This document shows positions 1 through 13,385 of a stretch of DNA of 64,000 bases, piece after piece (position 1 is the first letter of the stretch; the number at the start of each line of letters is the position of its first letter). The DNA is from Octopus vulgaris (Eukaryota): contig OX597839.1 of the NCBI GenBank assembly GCA_951406725.2, positions 35,340,001 through 35,404,000 of the forward strand, given 5' to 3'. A program made the position numbers and the translations under genes. The notes under the pieces were generated by a model that was given only the letters and a program-made list of their open reading frames with translations, had not been told where the DNA came from and did no database searches.

Positions 1-1018
1 CCACTCAAAAGGCTTTGGTCGGCCTAAAGTTATAGCAGAAGGCACTTGCTCAAGGTGCCTTACAAGCTTCTTATATATATATATATGATATGATATAATA
101 GTTGTTGTGGTCCTAGTAGTAGGCTATAGTAGAAGATACCTGACCAAGGAGCTACACTGTGGAATTGAACCCAGAACCATGAGGGTGGGAACCAAGCTTC
201 TTACCACACAGCTATGCCTGCGTTTATAAAAAAAATATACATATCAGCTGTAGAAAGCATGGCAAAGCAGACAAATGGAGTCCAGGCAGTTGTCCGTGCG
301 TCCAACCAATGCCAGTATGGGGAATGGATGTTAAATAAAAATTTTTTAAATAAATCTTTCATTAAAATTTCATGTTTTTAAATAAAACTTCCATTAAATT
401 TTTTTTAAAATAAATCTTCCATTAAAATTTCATGTTTTTAAATAAAACTTCCATTAAATTTTTTTAAATAAACCTTCCATTAAAATTTCATGTTAATGCC
501 AGAAACACCAGCTTAATAATGACAAAGTTATTTTACTAAATTCTCACCAGCAGAGTTTAGTGTCCAATGAAGGAAAGGTATGCATAAGGGGACTGGTTAC
601 ACCCCTGGCATGGGCCACAAGGTTATGGTCTCACTATATATATATATATATCAACTCTTTAATTATGTAATCAAAATCCTATTGCAGCAACAAATTGAAG
701 AGTTTGTGGGACCAATGCCAGTTCAAAAAACTCCAACAAAATGTCTTATTCTTCTGTTTCTGTCACCTAATTTGGTACAAAAAACAAAACAAAACAAAAA
801 TCACCAACAACAAAATGACAATTGGACACACAAACACATACATATATATACATATATACGACGGGCTTCTTTCAGTTTCCGTCTACCAAATCCACTCACA
901 AGGCATTGGTCGGCCCGAGGCTATAGTAGAAGACGCTCGCCCAAAGTGCCAAGCAGTGGGACTGAACCCGGAACCATGTGGTTGGTAAACAAGCTACTTA
1001 CCACACAGCCACTCCTAC

Positions 1019-1090
<72 letters not shown>

Positions 1091-1670
1091 GACGGGCTTC
1101 TTTCAGTTTCCATCTACGAAATCCACTCACAAGGCATTGGTCGGCCTGAGGCTATAGTAGATGACGCTTGCCCAAGGTGCCACGCAGTGGGACTGAACCC
1201 GGAACCATGTGGTTGGTAAACAAGCTACTTACCACACAGCCACTCCGGCACCTGTTAAAATTTTGAAGCTACAAAATAATGCCTGATTAATTAAAAATAA
1301 TGTTAATGAAAAAAAGAAAACATGACATTTAAGAGAGGAATGAAGTGAATGCTGACGGATTAAAATGTCTGATTGTAGAAAATACGAGACTGAAAATAAT
1401 TGGTCTTCTTTTGAAAAACTATGTATATTAAAGGCGGTGCTCCAGCATGGCCCCAGTCAAATGACTGAAACAAGTAAAAGAAAAAAAATATACATACATG
1501 CAGCAATTAGTACTGGCCCTGTCTGTCTGTCTGTCTGTCTCTCTCTAAACCTCACGCCTACATTGCCATAGTGAGATCGCCCCGTCTGTCTGTCCGTCCT
1601 CTCTCTCTGAAGTAAATATACAAGTCACAACTAACGAACCTGTTGCTCTGCCGAAACGATTAGGCTTTAC

Positions 1671-1730
1671 CTGGGGCTATGACAACACCTGATGTCTGTG
1701 TGTCTGTTGTTGCCATGGTGAATAAGACAC
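1671..1730 (-). CDS. Probable exon of a second, unidentified gene; likely start-codon exon (MATTDTQTSGVVIAP, ATG at 1716)
   Basis: Long polypyrimidine tract ending tccag, 60-nt exon with CACCATGG Kozak context, CAG|GTAAAG donor; no further exon found in the window. Confidence 0.6.
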
Positions 1731-3689
1731 CTGGACAAAGAAGAAAAAAGAAAAGGAGGAAGAGGGGTCGGTTGGGGGGGGGTGAAAGCAATTAATCGGA
1801 GGGAGGGAGAGGTGAAATTAATAAAGCTGCTGGCAGGAGGCCATGGGCGGAATGGGGTTTCCGCTTTGTTGTTGTTGTTGTTGCTATTGTGGTTTAGTCC
1901 CGAGTGGCAACCCTGACTGAGTGAAAACAATCCACCCACGACCTTTCCAACTTTCCGTTGGACTTTATCTATGTCCCTCACTTCTCAAAACTACAGGGTT
2001 CTATTTGTGGGAGATTTAGTAGCTATTTCTAGCAGGCTGAATGACCACATGAAAGCTGCCTTTGATGGGTGACATTAAAACAGTTCTGTGCTGGTGTTGA
2101 TGTTGTGTTTAGCCCTCGGCCAGTTGTAATTGAGCAGATCTATAATCAAAAGACAACCCAGTCATGACCATCCTGTTTTTAACGTGTGTGATATTTTTTT
2201 TAAGGCAGGAGAGTGGATTTGAGAGTGATTTTGCTGCTGTTTCTAGCAAGTCAAACAATCAAGTAGAAGTTGACTTAAGCATACACAAACACACACGCTT
2301 ACATATTCACACACACACACACACACACATATACATACACATGTATATACACACATACAGATGTATACAAATGTATATATACACATATTCTCTTTTTCTC
2401 TTTTACTCTTTTCAGTCATTTTGACTGCGGTCATGCTGGAGCACCGCCTTTAGTCGAGCAAATCGACCCCGGGACTTATTCTTTGTAAGCCCAGTACTTA
2501 TTCTATCGGTCTCTTTTGCCGAACCGCTAAGTGACGGGGACGTAAACACACCAGCATCGGTTGTCAAGCAATACTAGAGGGACAAACACAGACACACAAA
2601 CATATACAAACACATACATATATGTATATATATGCATACATATACATGTATGTGTATATATGTATATATATATCCAGGGGATCTAATGCGCTTGGCTTAG
2701 ATTTCCCTTGGCGGGCTGCCCATATCGGAGCAATCTCAAGATTAATCAGCCGAAATTGCTAAGATGATCTGGTTCTTGACTGATGACTGAGGGCTTCGAA
2801 TGTCCCGTCCTGTGGTTCTTGTGTCGTCTCTGTGGTGTTTCATGTTCTTGTCCATGTCTGTAATTATTTTTACTGTTTACCTATATATATATATATATAT
2901 ACACGCACACACGTACTATCATCATCGTTTAGCATCCGCTTTCCAGTAACAATAAGTACCAGTTGCACACTGGGGTCTGTGTGTAATTGACTTACCCTTC
3001 CCCCAAATTTGAAACCAATAATAGGGTTGTTGCAACTAAAACTCAGCCATTGACTCCAGTTTGAAATCTTTGTTATTAACGGATGAATCAAGAAGACACT
3101 AAACTCATACCTCTTGGTATTTGCTTCCCTCCTTGCGCCTGGTTTTGTGTTTAAATTCTGTTTTGCTCAACTTTGACTTCCATCCACCCCACCCAGGATC
3201 AATGAATTACATACCAGTAATATACTATACTCTTTTACTTGTTTCAGTCATTTTGACTGCGGCCATGCTGGAGCACCGCCTTTAGTCACGCAAATCGACC
3301 CCGGGACTTATTCTTTTGTAAGCCCAGTGCTTATTCTATCGGTCTCTTTTGCAGAACCGCTAAGTGACGGGGACGTAAACACACCAGCATCGGTTGTCAA
3401 GCAATGCTAGGGGGACAAACACAGACACACAAGCAGACACACACACACACATATATACATATATACGACAGGCTTCTTTCAGTTTCCGTCTACCAAATCC
3501 ACTCACAAGGCATTGGTCGGCCCGGGGCTATAGCAGAAGATACTTGCCCAAGATGCCACGCAGTGGGACTGAACCTGGAACCATGTGGTTGGTAAGCAAG
3601 CTACTTACCACACAGCCACTCCTGCGCCTATGGTCAACATAAAACCTTCCTTCTTTAAGGTAAAAATCAGTGATTTAGGTGTTACCGTG

Positions 3690-3977
3690 TGACTTCTTCA
3701 ATAGACATGTTCTTACAAAAAAGGCATCAATGCCACAACAGTTTTAGAGAGTTACTTCCCTTATTTAATAGCGAAAAAATGCATTAAAATGGGAAAAAAT
3801 GATGGTAAATCTTTTTTTAAATCGTAGACTCATCGTAGACGCGCGCTAATACCCAGAAGGGCTCAATATGAATCACGATACCCGGTTTTGGTTAAACTGC
3901 ACCGCAAAATGTGGGAGTATTTAGGAATCTAAATCGTAGGAGACAGACACACAACCTCTCTTTTATATATAAAGATA
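3690..3977 (-). mobile_element. Possible non-autonomous Helitron-like fragment (similar 5' ends near 58520(+) and 45190(-))
   Basis: Minus strand begins A|TCTTTATATATAAAAG followed by GTCTGTC repeats; no 3' CTAG hairpin confirmed. Confidence 0.4.
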
Positions 3978-4270
3978 TGTATGTATATAATATAGGCATG
4001 TATGTGTGTATATATGTTTTATCAGTTTGGTTTTCTGAGAACCAACCCACCCATGTCCCTGTGATTCTGGCCCCTACATCACACCCTGTTCTTCTGATGT
4101 TCAGAATCTTGAACAACTGGAACAATCCAACATTAGTACACCATTCAGAAGAGATGATGATGATGATGATACATATATATATATATTTATTTGTACACAC
4201 ACACATCAGATAATATATATGTACATCATATATACCGCCATAACAGTATAGTAATTCCATATATATATAT

Positions 4271-4643
4271 AGGCGCAGGAGTGGCTGTGGGGTAAGTAGC
4301 TTGTTTACCAACCACATGGTTCCGGGTTCAGTCCCACTGCGTGACACCTTGGGCAAGTGTCTTCTATAACTTCAGGCCGACCAAAGCCTCGTGAGTGGAT
4401 ATGGTAGACGGAAACTGAAAGAAGCCCGTCGTATATATATATATATATATGTGTGTGTTTGTCCCCCTAGCATTGCTTGACAACCGATGCTGGTGTGTTT
4501 ATATCCCCATTACTTAGCGGTTCGGAAAAGAGACTGATAGAATAAGTACTGGGCTTACAAAGAATAAGTCCTGGGGTCGATTTGCTCGACTAAAGGCGGT
4601 GCTCCAGCATGGCCGTAGTCAAATGACTGAAACAAGTAAAAGA

Positions 4644-4644
<1 letters not shown>
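4271..4644 (+). mobile_element. tRNA-derived SINE family A, full length. Other copies: 3231-3629(-), 30227-30630(+), 43343-43683(+), 48270-48662(+), 51208-51600(+); head or tail fragments at 845-1252, 2400-2600, 13860-14390, 60420-60580
   Basis: Head GGCGCAGGAGTGGCTGTG.GGTAAG...GGTTCAGTCCC (A/B boxes), CORE-like CACCTTGGGCAAGT, internal (TA)n(TG)n, tail GGCGGTGCTCCAGCATGGCC..AGTCAAATGACTGAAACAAGTAAAAGAG. Confidence 0.88.
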
Positions 4645-4695
<51 letters not shown>

Positions 4696-5594
4696 CTATG
4701 AAACAGTGAGAATGAGTGCTCAACATTGTATTTGGTGGATATTCCCTTTTTGTGGGTTAACAAGGCTACCAATGGTTTCAGGTGACAAGCTCGATAATTG
4801 AGAGATTTCTCTCTACATGAAACCATTGGTAGCTTTGTTAAATAAAGTGTGTTTATATATAAAACATTGTGGTGGTTTATATTATGTGTAGGTGTTTTTG
4901 TATATATGTGTGTGTGTGTGTGTGTATATATGTGTGTGTGTGTATAACTATAAAGGGGAGAGATGATGATGATAATAGCAAAGGAATTTGTATTTTTTTC
5001 TTGTGAAGTGGAGGAGGAGGAGTCTGGAGAAGATTCTTCATTGAGAAGCTTGTATCTTACGCATCATGCATCCACACTAACATTGAATGACATATCAAAC
5101 ACCACACACACACACAGACACCCACACTCTGGTATGTATTCATTGTATCACTGACACCCACACAGCTATAGGGTCCCAAACACCCTCATAATTATTTCTA
5201 TGTATCACATGTCTGTTGGCAGTCAATACATACAAAAATGTTGCTACAAATACACACACACACACACACACTAATATGAACATATGTCAATACATTTTCT
5301 TACATAATATCACACACACATTACACAAAATTGTTGGTATTGAGTGTTTGTAAAAAAGAAATCCTGTCCACATTGTTAATGAAAACAAATTTAAATTTTG
5401 TTTTTAAAATGTCTCCTGTCTTTGTGTTTATTTCTTTACTGTGTCCAGAAAATTCACCAAAAGAAATTTCTCTCTGGGGACAATGATGAAGTGTATTATA
5501 TCAACAATTTATAAAATAATAAAAGGTGAGAGAATGATAAACGGCTTTATAAATGCATTGAATAAGCAAATCTTTAGTCAACACAAGGCATTAA

Positions 5595-5814
5595 CCCTTT
5601 AGTGTTTAAACCGGCCATATCCGGCCAAAATATTCTACCTATTTTATGTTCAAACTAGTCAGATATTGTCATTCATAACTACCTTATTGTGTCATTTTAA
5701 AAATAGACAATCGCATCATTGAAATCTCAAAGCCATGAAATGATGCAAGATTAATTTTACATGGTGTGAATACATAAGCTTTACATTTTACAGAATAATC
5801 TGAATGCTAAAGGG
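5595..5814. mobile_element. piggyBac-type MITE (related copies at about 18530-18780 and 57798-58014)
   Basis: TTAA|CCCTTTAG...CTAAAGGG|TTAA. Confidence 0.85.
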
Positions 5815-6029
5815 TTAAAAACCACGATCAGGCCATATCAGATGAAATTTCTTCTGGTGAATTTTCTTTCAGCTAAAATGTTTTCAGTGAAGTTTTCTAA
5901 GATCTTGCTTTACATTTGAAATATTTCTATAAAATTGATTTTCAGAAAGTTTGGATGGTCAAATAGACTGAGTGGAAGAGATAATAGTTGACAAGGGGCT
6001 GGGATTAATGTGGGCTTGAATGGTTGATA

Positions 6030-6996
6030 AGTAGGGATGACGATATCCTGTTTGATCTTCCACGTATTATACTTCGTAAACAGTCCATCTACAGTTTTGT
6101 ACAACAATCGAAGTGTAATTTTAATTCAGTGAATTTTGGGAGATTTTTTTCCGAAATTTGTTCCTATTGTGTTTTCAAAATTTGTAATTCTGACAAAAAA
6201 TGGATACGAATTTCATTATATCAAGCAGCGAGTCAGAATTCGAAGGATTTTCTACTGAAGACCTTCATAAATCTAACTCTATGACTGAAAAAAAAGCATG
6301 TGGTATTTGATAATGAATCTGATGTTTCATTTTCCGAAAGTGAAAACAGTGAATCCGAGAGCTCCGACAGTGATAAAGAAAATGAATTGGCACCTGAATG
6401 GAGTGAAAATTTAAAAACTGTTTCTTTCGGTGATTTTTCTGAAGAAACTGGACCAAGCCACAGACTTTCCCAGGAGAGTAAAGCCTTAGACTATTTCTTT
6501 TTACTTTTTCGAATGAGCCTATTTGAAATCATTACGGCGGAAACGAACCGTTACGCTAAATGTAAACAAAGCGAAAGAAAGGATAGTTAGTGGTTTCCCA
6601 CAACCTTAAATGAAATTAAGACTATTTTGCCATAAATATTATTATGGGTATCAGAAAGTTACCCAGAATAACAAATTCTATCATAAAATTTTGTTGTATA
6701 CCCAATTGAATATTAGCTAATAACCCATTTTCTATAGCGATGTTTGAACAAAATTTTAATAATTTTATATTTTGTTGAATTTACCTGTATCTACCTGCAA
6801 TTAGAGTCACTTTGTGACAAAAATTATAGCATAGAATTGGTTGAGAACAATTCATTAAATTATCTTCCAAAAATCACGTTAATATATTGATAAATAAAAA
6901 AGTTATAGTTGTTTAATGAAACCAGACTAAATTTATGATTATGTTAGAAATTAATTGAAACACATTATTTTAGTCAGAAATATAGTAACGAAAGGG
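6030..6996 (+). mobile_element. Internally deleted piggyBac element with transposase N-terminal remnant (left boundary approximate)
   Basis: ORF 6300..6590 has an acidic tract then ALDYFFLLF...I.AETNRYA, then a stop and WFPTTLNEI; ends AAAGGG|TTAA. Confidence 0.75.
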
Positions 6997-7589
6997 TTAA
7001 GGCAAAAATAAGATGAATAATGAAAATAGGTTTAGATATCCTATTTTGAAACTGGTTGTGTGGTATAGGTAGAAGTTTCAACTTGTCCCATAAAGATGCT
7101 TGTTTAACATTGAAAAAAATAATTTATAGAGACATAAAAAAAAGAAAATTATATATAAAGGGAAATTTATGATACAATTTTCATTTGCACTCTGCCCTGA
7201 ACCCTGGACAGAATCTTCCATCTAAGCTGTTGTTCTGCCCCACCATGCCATTCACCCACTCATTCAGTGAAAAACGAGATATTGGAATCCTTTACAGCAT
7301 CAGATCATTAATGGGAATAGATTCAAATTTCCCACTCTTAAGCTTGTTCTTGTTGCTGCTGAGATGGCCCCCACCTGGGTAAAGATGTTGATAATTAACA
7401 TCAATAACGTTGTAAGATGATAGAGGTTTCAAACTCTACTTAGAGCTACTGTTAAAGGTGGGGTTTTTTTTTTTTTTTCAAACAAAAAAAAAAGGATGTC
7501 CTATCACACTTTATCTATCTGCACCCTTACTCACCCCCCCATTAATTTCTGTAGAAATTAAGATAATTAAATCTACCACAGCATCAACT

Positions 7590-8740
7590 CAATAATAAAA
7601 ATAGGTTTAAATATCTCATCTTTTCACTGCTTTACGAGGTGTGGTTTGGTGGCTTAGTGGGTAACAGGGTTGGTAATTTAATTACTAATCCTGTGTAGAG
7701 ATAGAGGTTTCAATCTCTGTCTGCAGCTATTTTTTTTTTTAGCATCTTTGAAACAAAAAAAAAAAATATAAAAGAATCTCTCCTATACCCTGATTTGATC
7801 CCCCCAGAACAAGGTTGCTAACATCCCCCTTCACACTGCCTACCTACGTACACCTTTACCCACGAGTCTACCGGGTACCCCCATTAGTTGCTGTCAAAAA
7901 TGAGATACTTAAATCTATAATTGTGTCCAATCATTAATAAAAATAGATTTAAATATCTCATTTTTTCAATGCTTTACAAGGTGAGGTTTGGTGGCTTAGT
8001 GGGTAAAAGGGTTGGTAATTTAATTACTAATCCTGTGTAGAGATAGAGGTTTCAATCTCTGTCTGCAGCTATTTTTTTTTTTTTTAGCATCTTTGAAACG
8101 AAAAAAAAATATAAAAGAATCTCTCCTATACCCTGATTTGATCCCCCAGGACAAGGTTGCTAACATCCCCCTTCACACTGCCTACCTACATACATACACC
8201 TTTACCCACGAGTCTACCGGGTCCCCCATTAGTTGCTGTCAAAAATGAGATACTTAAATCTATAATTGTGTCCAATCATTAATAAAAATAGATTTAAATA
8301 TCTCATTTTTTCAATGCTTTACGAGGTGAGGTTTGGTGGCTTAGTGGGTAAAAGGGTTGGTAATTTAATTACTAATCCTGTGTAGAGATAGAGGTTTCAA
8401 TCTCTGTCTGCAGCTATTTTTTTTTTTTTAGCATCTTTGAAACGAAAAAAAAATATAAAAGAATCTCTCCTATACCCTGATTTGATCCCCCCAGGACAAG
8501 GTTGCTAACATCCCCCTTCACACTGCCTACCTACATACATACACCTTTACCCACGAGTCTACCGGGTCCCCCCCCATTAGTTGCTGTCACAGATGAGATA
8601 CTTAAATCTATAATTGTGTTCAATCATTAAAAAAATAGGTTTAAATACTTTTAGTTTTAGGCTAGAAATAAGAGTTGCTTGGGTGGCTTAGTGGTAAGGT
8701 ATAACTTAGTATTTAGCATGAGGGTTTCAATCCCTTTTTG
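7590..8740 (+). repeat. Tandem repeat, about 345-bp unit x3 plus degenerate flanking units, each with tRNA-like boxes
   Basis: AATAAAAATAG.TTTAAATATCTCAT recurs at about 7594, 7937, 8281 and 8629. Confidence 0.9.
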
Positions 8741-9182
8741 AAATCATAAGTTACATATTTTATCTTTATCTGTAATTAGACTGTGGCCATGCTGGGGCAC
8801 CATGAATTTTCATTGAATGAATTTGACACCTACACTTCTTTTTTAAGCCTAGTTCTTATTCCATCAGTCTCTTTTTCCAAACCACTACATTATGCGGATG
8901 CAAACACACCAACGCTGGTCGACAAACAGGGGTTGGGACGGATGGACACACACACACACACACACAGTGTATAAATGAGTTTTATAACTCTAATCCAGAA
9001 ACACGTCCATAATTAACTGAAGACTGATTTCATTGTTTTCCTTCTTTTTTTTGCCTGTGTTTTTTTTACAGAGAGGGTTGTCTGTGGAGTCATATTTTGT
9101 AGCGAAAAGAAATAATGGTCTTTTGGTTGCTATTTCTAAATTTTTCGGTATGTGGTTAAGCAACTTGTTGCTAAACCCTTCA

Positions 9183-9725
9183 CCCTTTCGTTACTATATT
9201 TCTGACCAAAATACACCCCTTATGTGTTTCAATTAATTTCTAACGTAATCATAAATTTAGTCTGGTTTCATTAAACAACTATAACTTTTTTATTTATCAA
9301 TATATTAACGTGATTTTTGGAAGATAATTTAATGAAATGTTCTCAACCAATTCTATACTATAATTTTTGTCACAAAGTGACTAATTGCAGGTAGATACAG
9401 GTAAATTCAACAAAATATAAAATTATTAAAATTTTGTTCAAACATCGCTATAGAAAATGGGTTATTAGCTAATATTCAATTGGGTATACAACAAAATTTT
9501 ACAATAGAATTTGTTATTCTGGGTAACTTTCTGATACCCATAATAATATTTATGGCAAAATAGTCTTAATTTCATTTAAGGTTGTGGGAAACCACTAACT
9601 ATCCTTTCTTTCGCTTTGTTTACATTTAGCGTAACGGTTCGTTTCTGCCGTAATGATTTCAAATAGGCTCATTCGAAAAAGTAAAAAGAAATAGTCTAAG
9701 GCTTTACTCTCCTGGGAAAGTCTGT
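9183..9725 (-). mobile_element. Second, inverted partial copy of the piggyBac remnant (matches 6460-6996)
   Basis: Near-identical reverse complement; same RLSQESKALDYFF...KDS peptide in ORF 9595..9843. Confidence 0.85.
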
Positions 9726-9799
9726 ATGTGTGTATATATATATGTATATATATGTATGTGTGTGTGTGTGTGTATATATATATATGAATGTGTATATAT

Positions 9800-12290
9800 A
9801 TATTTTTTATTTTATTTAGTTTCAGCTCACAAGCTGTGGCCATGCTTGGGGCACCGCCATTTGGTGTTGCTACATGATTTTACTTCACGAATGCTTTTTA
9901 GCAAATGCCATCTGGTGCATGAGAGAGTTCAATGCAGCTGCCCTCATCTGCACCTCCTGCTGTGAAGTTGGTTCATCTGGGACACCTGACAAGAAGAGAT
10001 CCAGTTTCATTTTAAAGACATCTGCATCCACCCCATGCAGGTCTCTTAGGTTCTTCTGGAGGATATTGAAGAGCTGTGGGCCTCGGAAGCCCAGGCTATC
10101 ACAGTATCTTGTCCTACATCTTGATGGCAAATTTGGAGTCCTTGGCACTATGCAGTGGCGCCCAGTTCTGGCATTTGTGTAACTCTCGATGCCAAAATTT
10201 GGGACAAGTCCTTCTAGGATCTTCCAGATGTATATTATGGCATATCGTTCTCGCCTACGCTCTAAGGAATAGAGTCTCAATCTCTTGAGTCTTTCCCAAT
10301 AGCTTATATGCTGCACAGAGGCTATCTTCTTCATGTAGCTTCGTTGGATCGCCTCAAGTTCTGTGATTAACTTGACACTGGATGGTGACCATAGCTGAGA
10401 GCAATAGTCAAAGTGGCTTAGGACAAGTGTCCTCCAGAGGACCATCATGGTTTCCTGGTCTCTTGTTCTAAAGGTTCTAAGAATCCATCCGGTCAGCCGC
10501 CTACATTTCATTGCCAATTTAGCAACATGCACATGAAAGGTTGCATCATTACTTGTGTAAATACCCAGGTCTCGCACTGATTGTGCCTCTGGGATTGCAA
10601 TCCCTCCAGGTCCAGTGTATTTATTGGGTATTGCATTTAGTTTTGCATGCTGATAGTATAAAGCTTGAAACTTTTCAGCATTGAACTGCATGCTATTCTT
10701 TTCAGCCCACTTGTATATTTTGTCCAGCTCACATTGCAGGTGCTTAGCGTCTTCAGGGTTCTGTATTGCCTGTGAAACTTTTGTATCATCTGCATAACTT
10801 GTGATCGTGGCTCTCTGCATGGCTGAGGGCATGTCTGAGAGGGCCATTATGAACAGTAGTGGTCCCAGAACAGTGCCTTGTGGAACACCACTCATTATTT
10901 CACTCAGAAAGTCATGAAGCCATTCTCCCAATTTTCCAACTATGCCAAGATCACGCAGTTTGTGACATATCCTTCCATGATTGACTTTATCAAAGGCCTT
11001 TGCAAAGTCGAGATATATGACTTCCACATTTGAGTGGTTGAGCAGTCGTTTCAGCACCCAGTCATAGTGTTGTAGGAGCTGAGTTAAGCAGCTTCTTCCT
11101 GGTCGGAAACCATGTTGGGTGTCAGGCAGCAAGTCATTTTCTTCAAGGAAGGCGATTAGTTTCCTTCTGACTATTCGTTCCATGACCTTGCTGATGTGTG
11201 AGGTCAGAGAGATAGGTCTGTAGTTCTTGGCCTCCGCTCTGCTACCTCCTTTATGAATAGGGCATATTTTACCTTCCTTCAGTTTTCTTGGAAGTTTGCC
11301 AGTTACAAGGAAGCTCTGAAACATGAACTGCAGTGGTCTTGCTAGGACTCTCTTACATACTTTTAGAAGGATTGCTGGGAATCCATCGGGGCCAGTAGCT
11401 GAGTTTGTTTTCATTTCATCAATAGCCTTTATTACATCATCTTCCTTTATATTGATGTAATCAATCGTCGCTACCTCTGATTTTATATCTGCAGTGGTAA
11501 AGAAGTCAGTTGGATTGCTGACTTGAAAATGCCCTAGGGGTGGAGTGAAAATACTCTTGAATTGCTCATTTAGTATTTCACTTACACTCATTGGATTTCC
11601 TGTGAGTGTGCCATCCTTTTCAAGGAGTGACCCTATCCTACAGTGCACTGTAGCTGTTTCTTTGGCATACCTATAGAGAGCTCTGGGGTTAGATTTTATG
11701 TTGTCTATAGCCCAGGTTTCTTTGTCTGCTCTTTCTTTTTCATGGGAGAGTTGCAGATATTTTTCAATTTCCAACAGTTTTATTTTCAGGCAGGACTTTT
11801 CACTGCTTTCAATTTGTTTGTTTAGGCAATTTGAAACTTTTGTATGCCGTCTCATTTGAATTTTCCTCTCTCTGGGGATTTTGCTCTTGTGTACAGTGGC
11901 CTTTCTCTCTGGGACACATTTGTAGCATATGGCTTGCATTACAGACATGAATTGTTGAAGTTTCATGTCGATGTCTGGCGAGGATAGACATTCAGGCCAG
12001 TTTTGTTTGAGGATCTCTTTCTCAATTTGTTTCCAGTTTGCCTTATGGAAGTTCAAGCTGGAAAGATTCTGAGAGTTTCTTGTAGGCTGCATGTCCATGC
12101 TTTCCTTTGGCCCGTACATGGTCAGCTCTACCATGTTGTGATCCGAGAGTAGTGTCGGCGTCACTTTCACATTATGGATGAGATCCATATTATTTGTGAA
12201 GCAGAGATCCAGTGTGTTACCTGCCCTGGTTGGTTGGAGTATTATTTGCTCCATGTACAGAGTGTTGATGAGGCTCAGGAGGGACCTCGC
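9800..12290 (-). mobile_element. 5'-truncated CR1-like (CR1/L2 group) LINE; ORF2 remnant with reverse transcriptase, ORF 9885..12254
   Basis: 789-aa ORF with end of APE domain (PTRAGNTLDL), YRPISLTS, QHGFR.GRSC, YLDFAKAFDKV, SGVPQGTVLGP, YADD; short 3' UTR ending in (TAAAA)n. Confidence 0.93.
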
Positions 12291-12849
12291 CTGTCCTCAT
12301 TCACATTGAGGGGACTGAGTAAATATATATATATATATATATGTGTGTGTATAAATAAAGCGACAAATAAATATATGCCTATCTAAAATTGAATAATTTT
12401 AAAGAGATGTAACGGAGCTGAAACAGAAAGTGAAAGTAAACAGAATGTAAACAGAGAATAGGTCCTTACATTGAATTACGGGAAAATAAACAAATGAAAA
12501 GGGGTACTTATCTTATAAGAGGTAGAAGTCCCAAAGTCTTCTCCCTATACGAAGAGGTTTTCTTTCAAAAAGAAAAAGAAAAACGGTTCTTTTTGCTTGT
12601 TGAAGTCGATTGGGAATAAACTTAAGAGATGTCACCACTTGCTTTTTCGACGGGAAATCTGGCGTTCGTAATTAAGTTTAGTGTATTTTATTTGGCTTGT
12701 AGCGAAATATATTACGGTTTTTAACTAATATAACCTAGTGGACTGCTATGAGATAGCAAGTTCTATGTTTTTTATGAGTTTTTGACGATTTATGCAAACC
12801 TTTTTGTTTTTTTTATCACAGAGCAAAGCAACACGTCTTTACCCTACAA

Positions 12850-12910
<61 letters not shown>

Positions 12911-13385
12911 CACACATACACATATATATATATACACATACACATATATATATATATACACACATACACATATATATATACACACATACACATATATATA
13001 TATACACACACATACACATATATATATATACACACACATACACATATATATATATATACACACATACACATATATATACACATACATACACATATATATA
13101 CATATACATATACATACATATACATACATACATATACATACATACATATACATACATATATACATACATACATACATATACACATACATATATACATATA
13201 CACATACATATACACATACATATATATATACATACATACATATATACATACATATATACATACATATATACATACATACATACATACATACATATACACA
13301 TACATATATACATACATATATACATACATATATACATACATATATACATACATATATATATATACATACATATATATATACATAC

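Noticed and set aside
580-1149. Recurring peptides such as [25 protein letters not shown] in many ORFs
   Set aside because: Translations of SINE family A, not a protein family
12330-12845. Possible Penelope-like (GIY-YIG) remnant; similar end motifs near 27700-27880
   Set aside because: Too degenerate to support without a profile search
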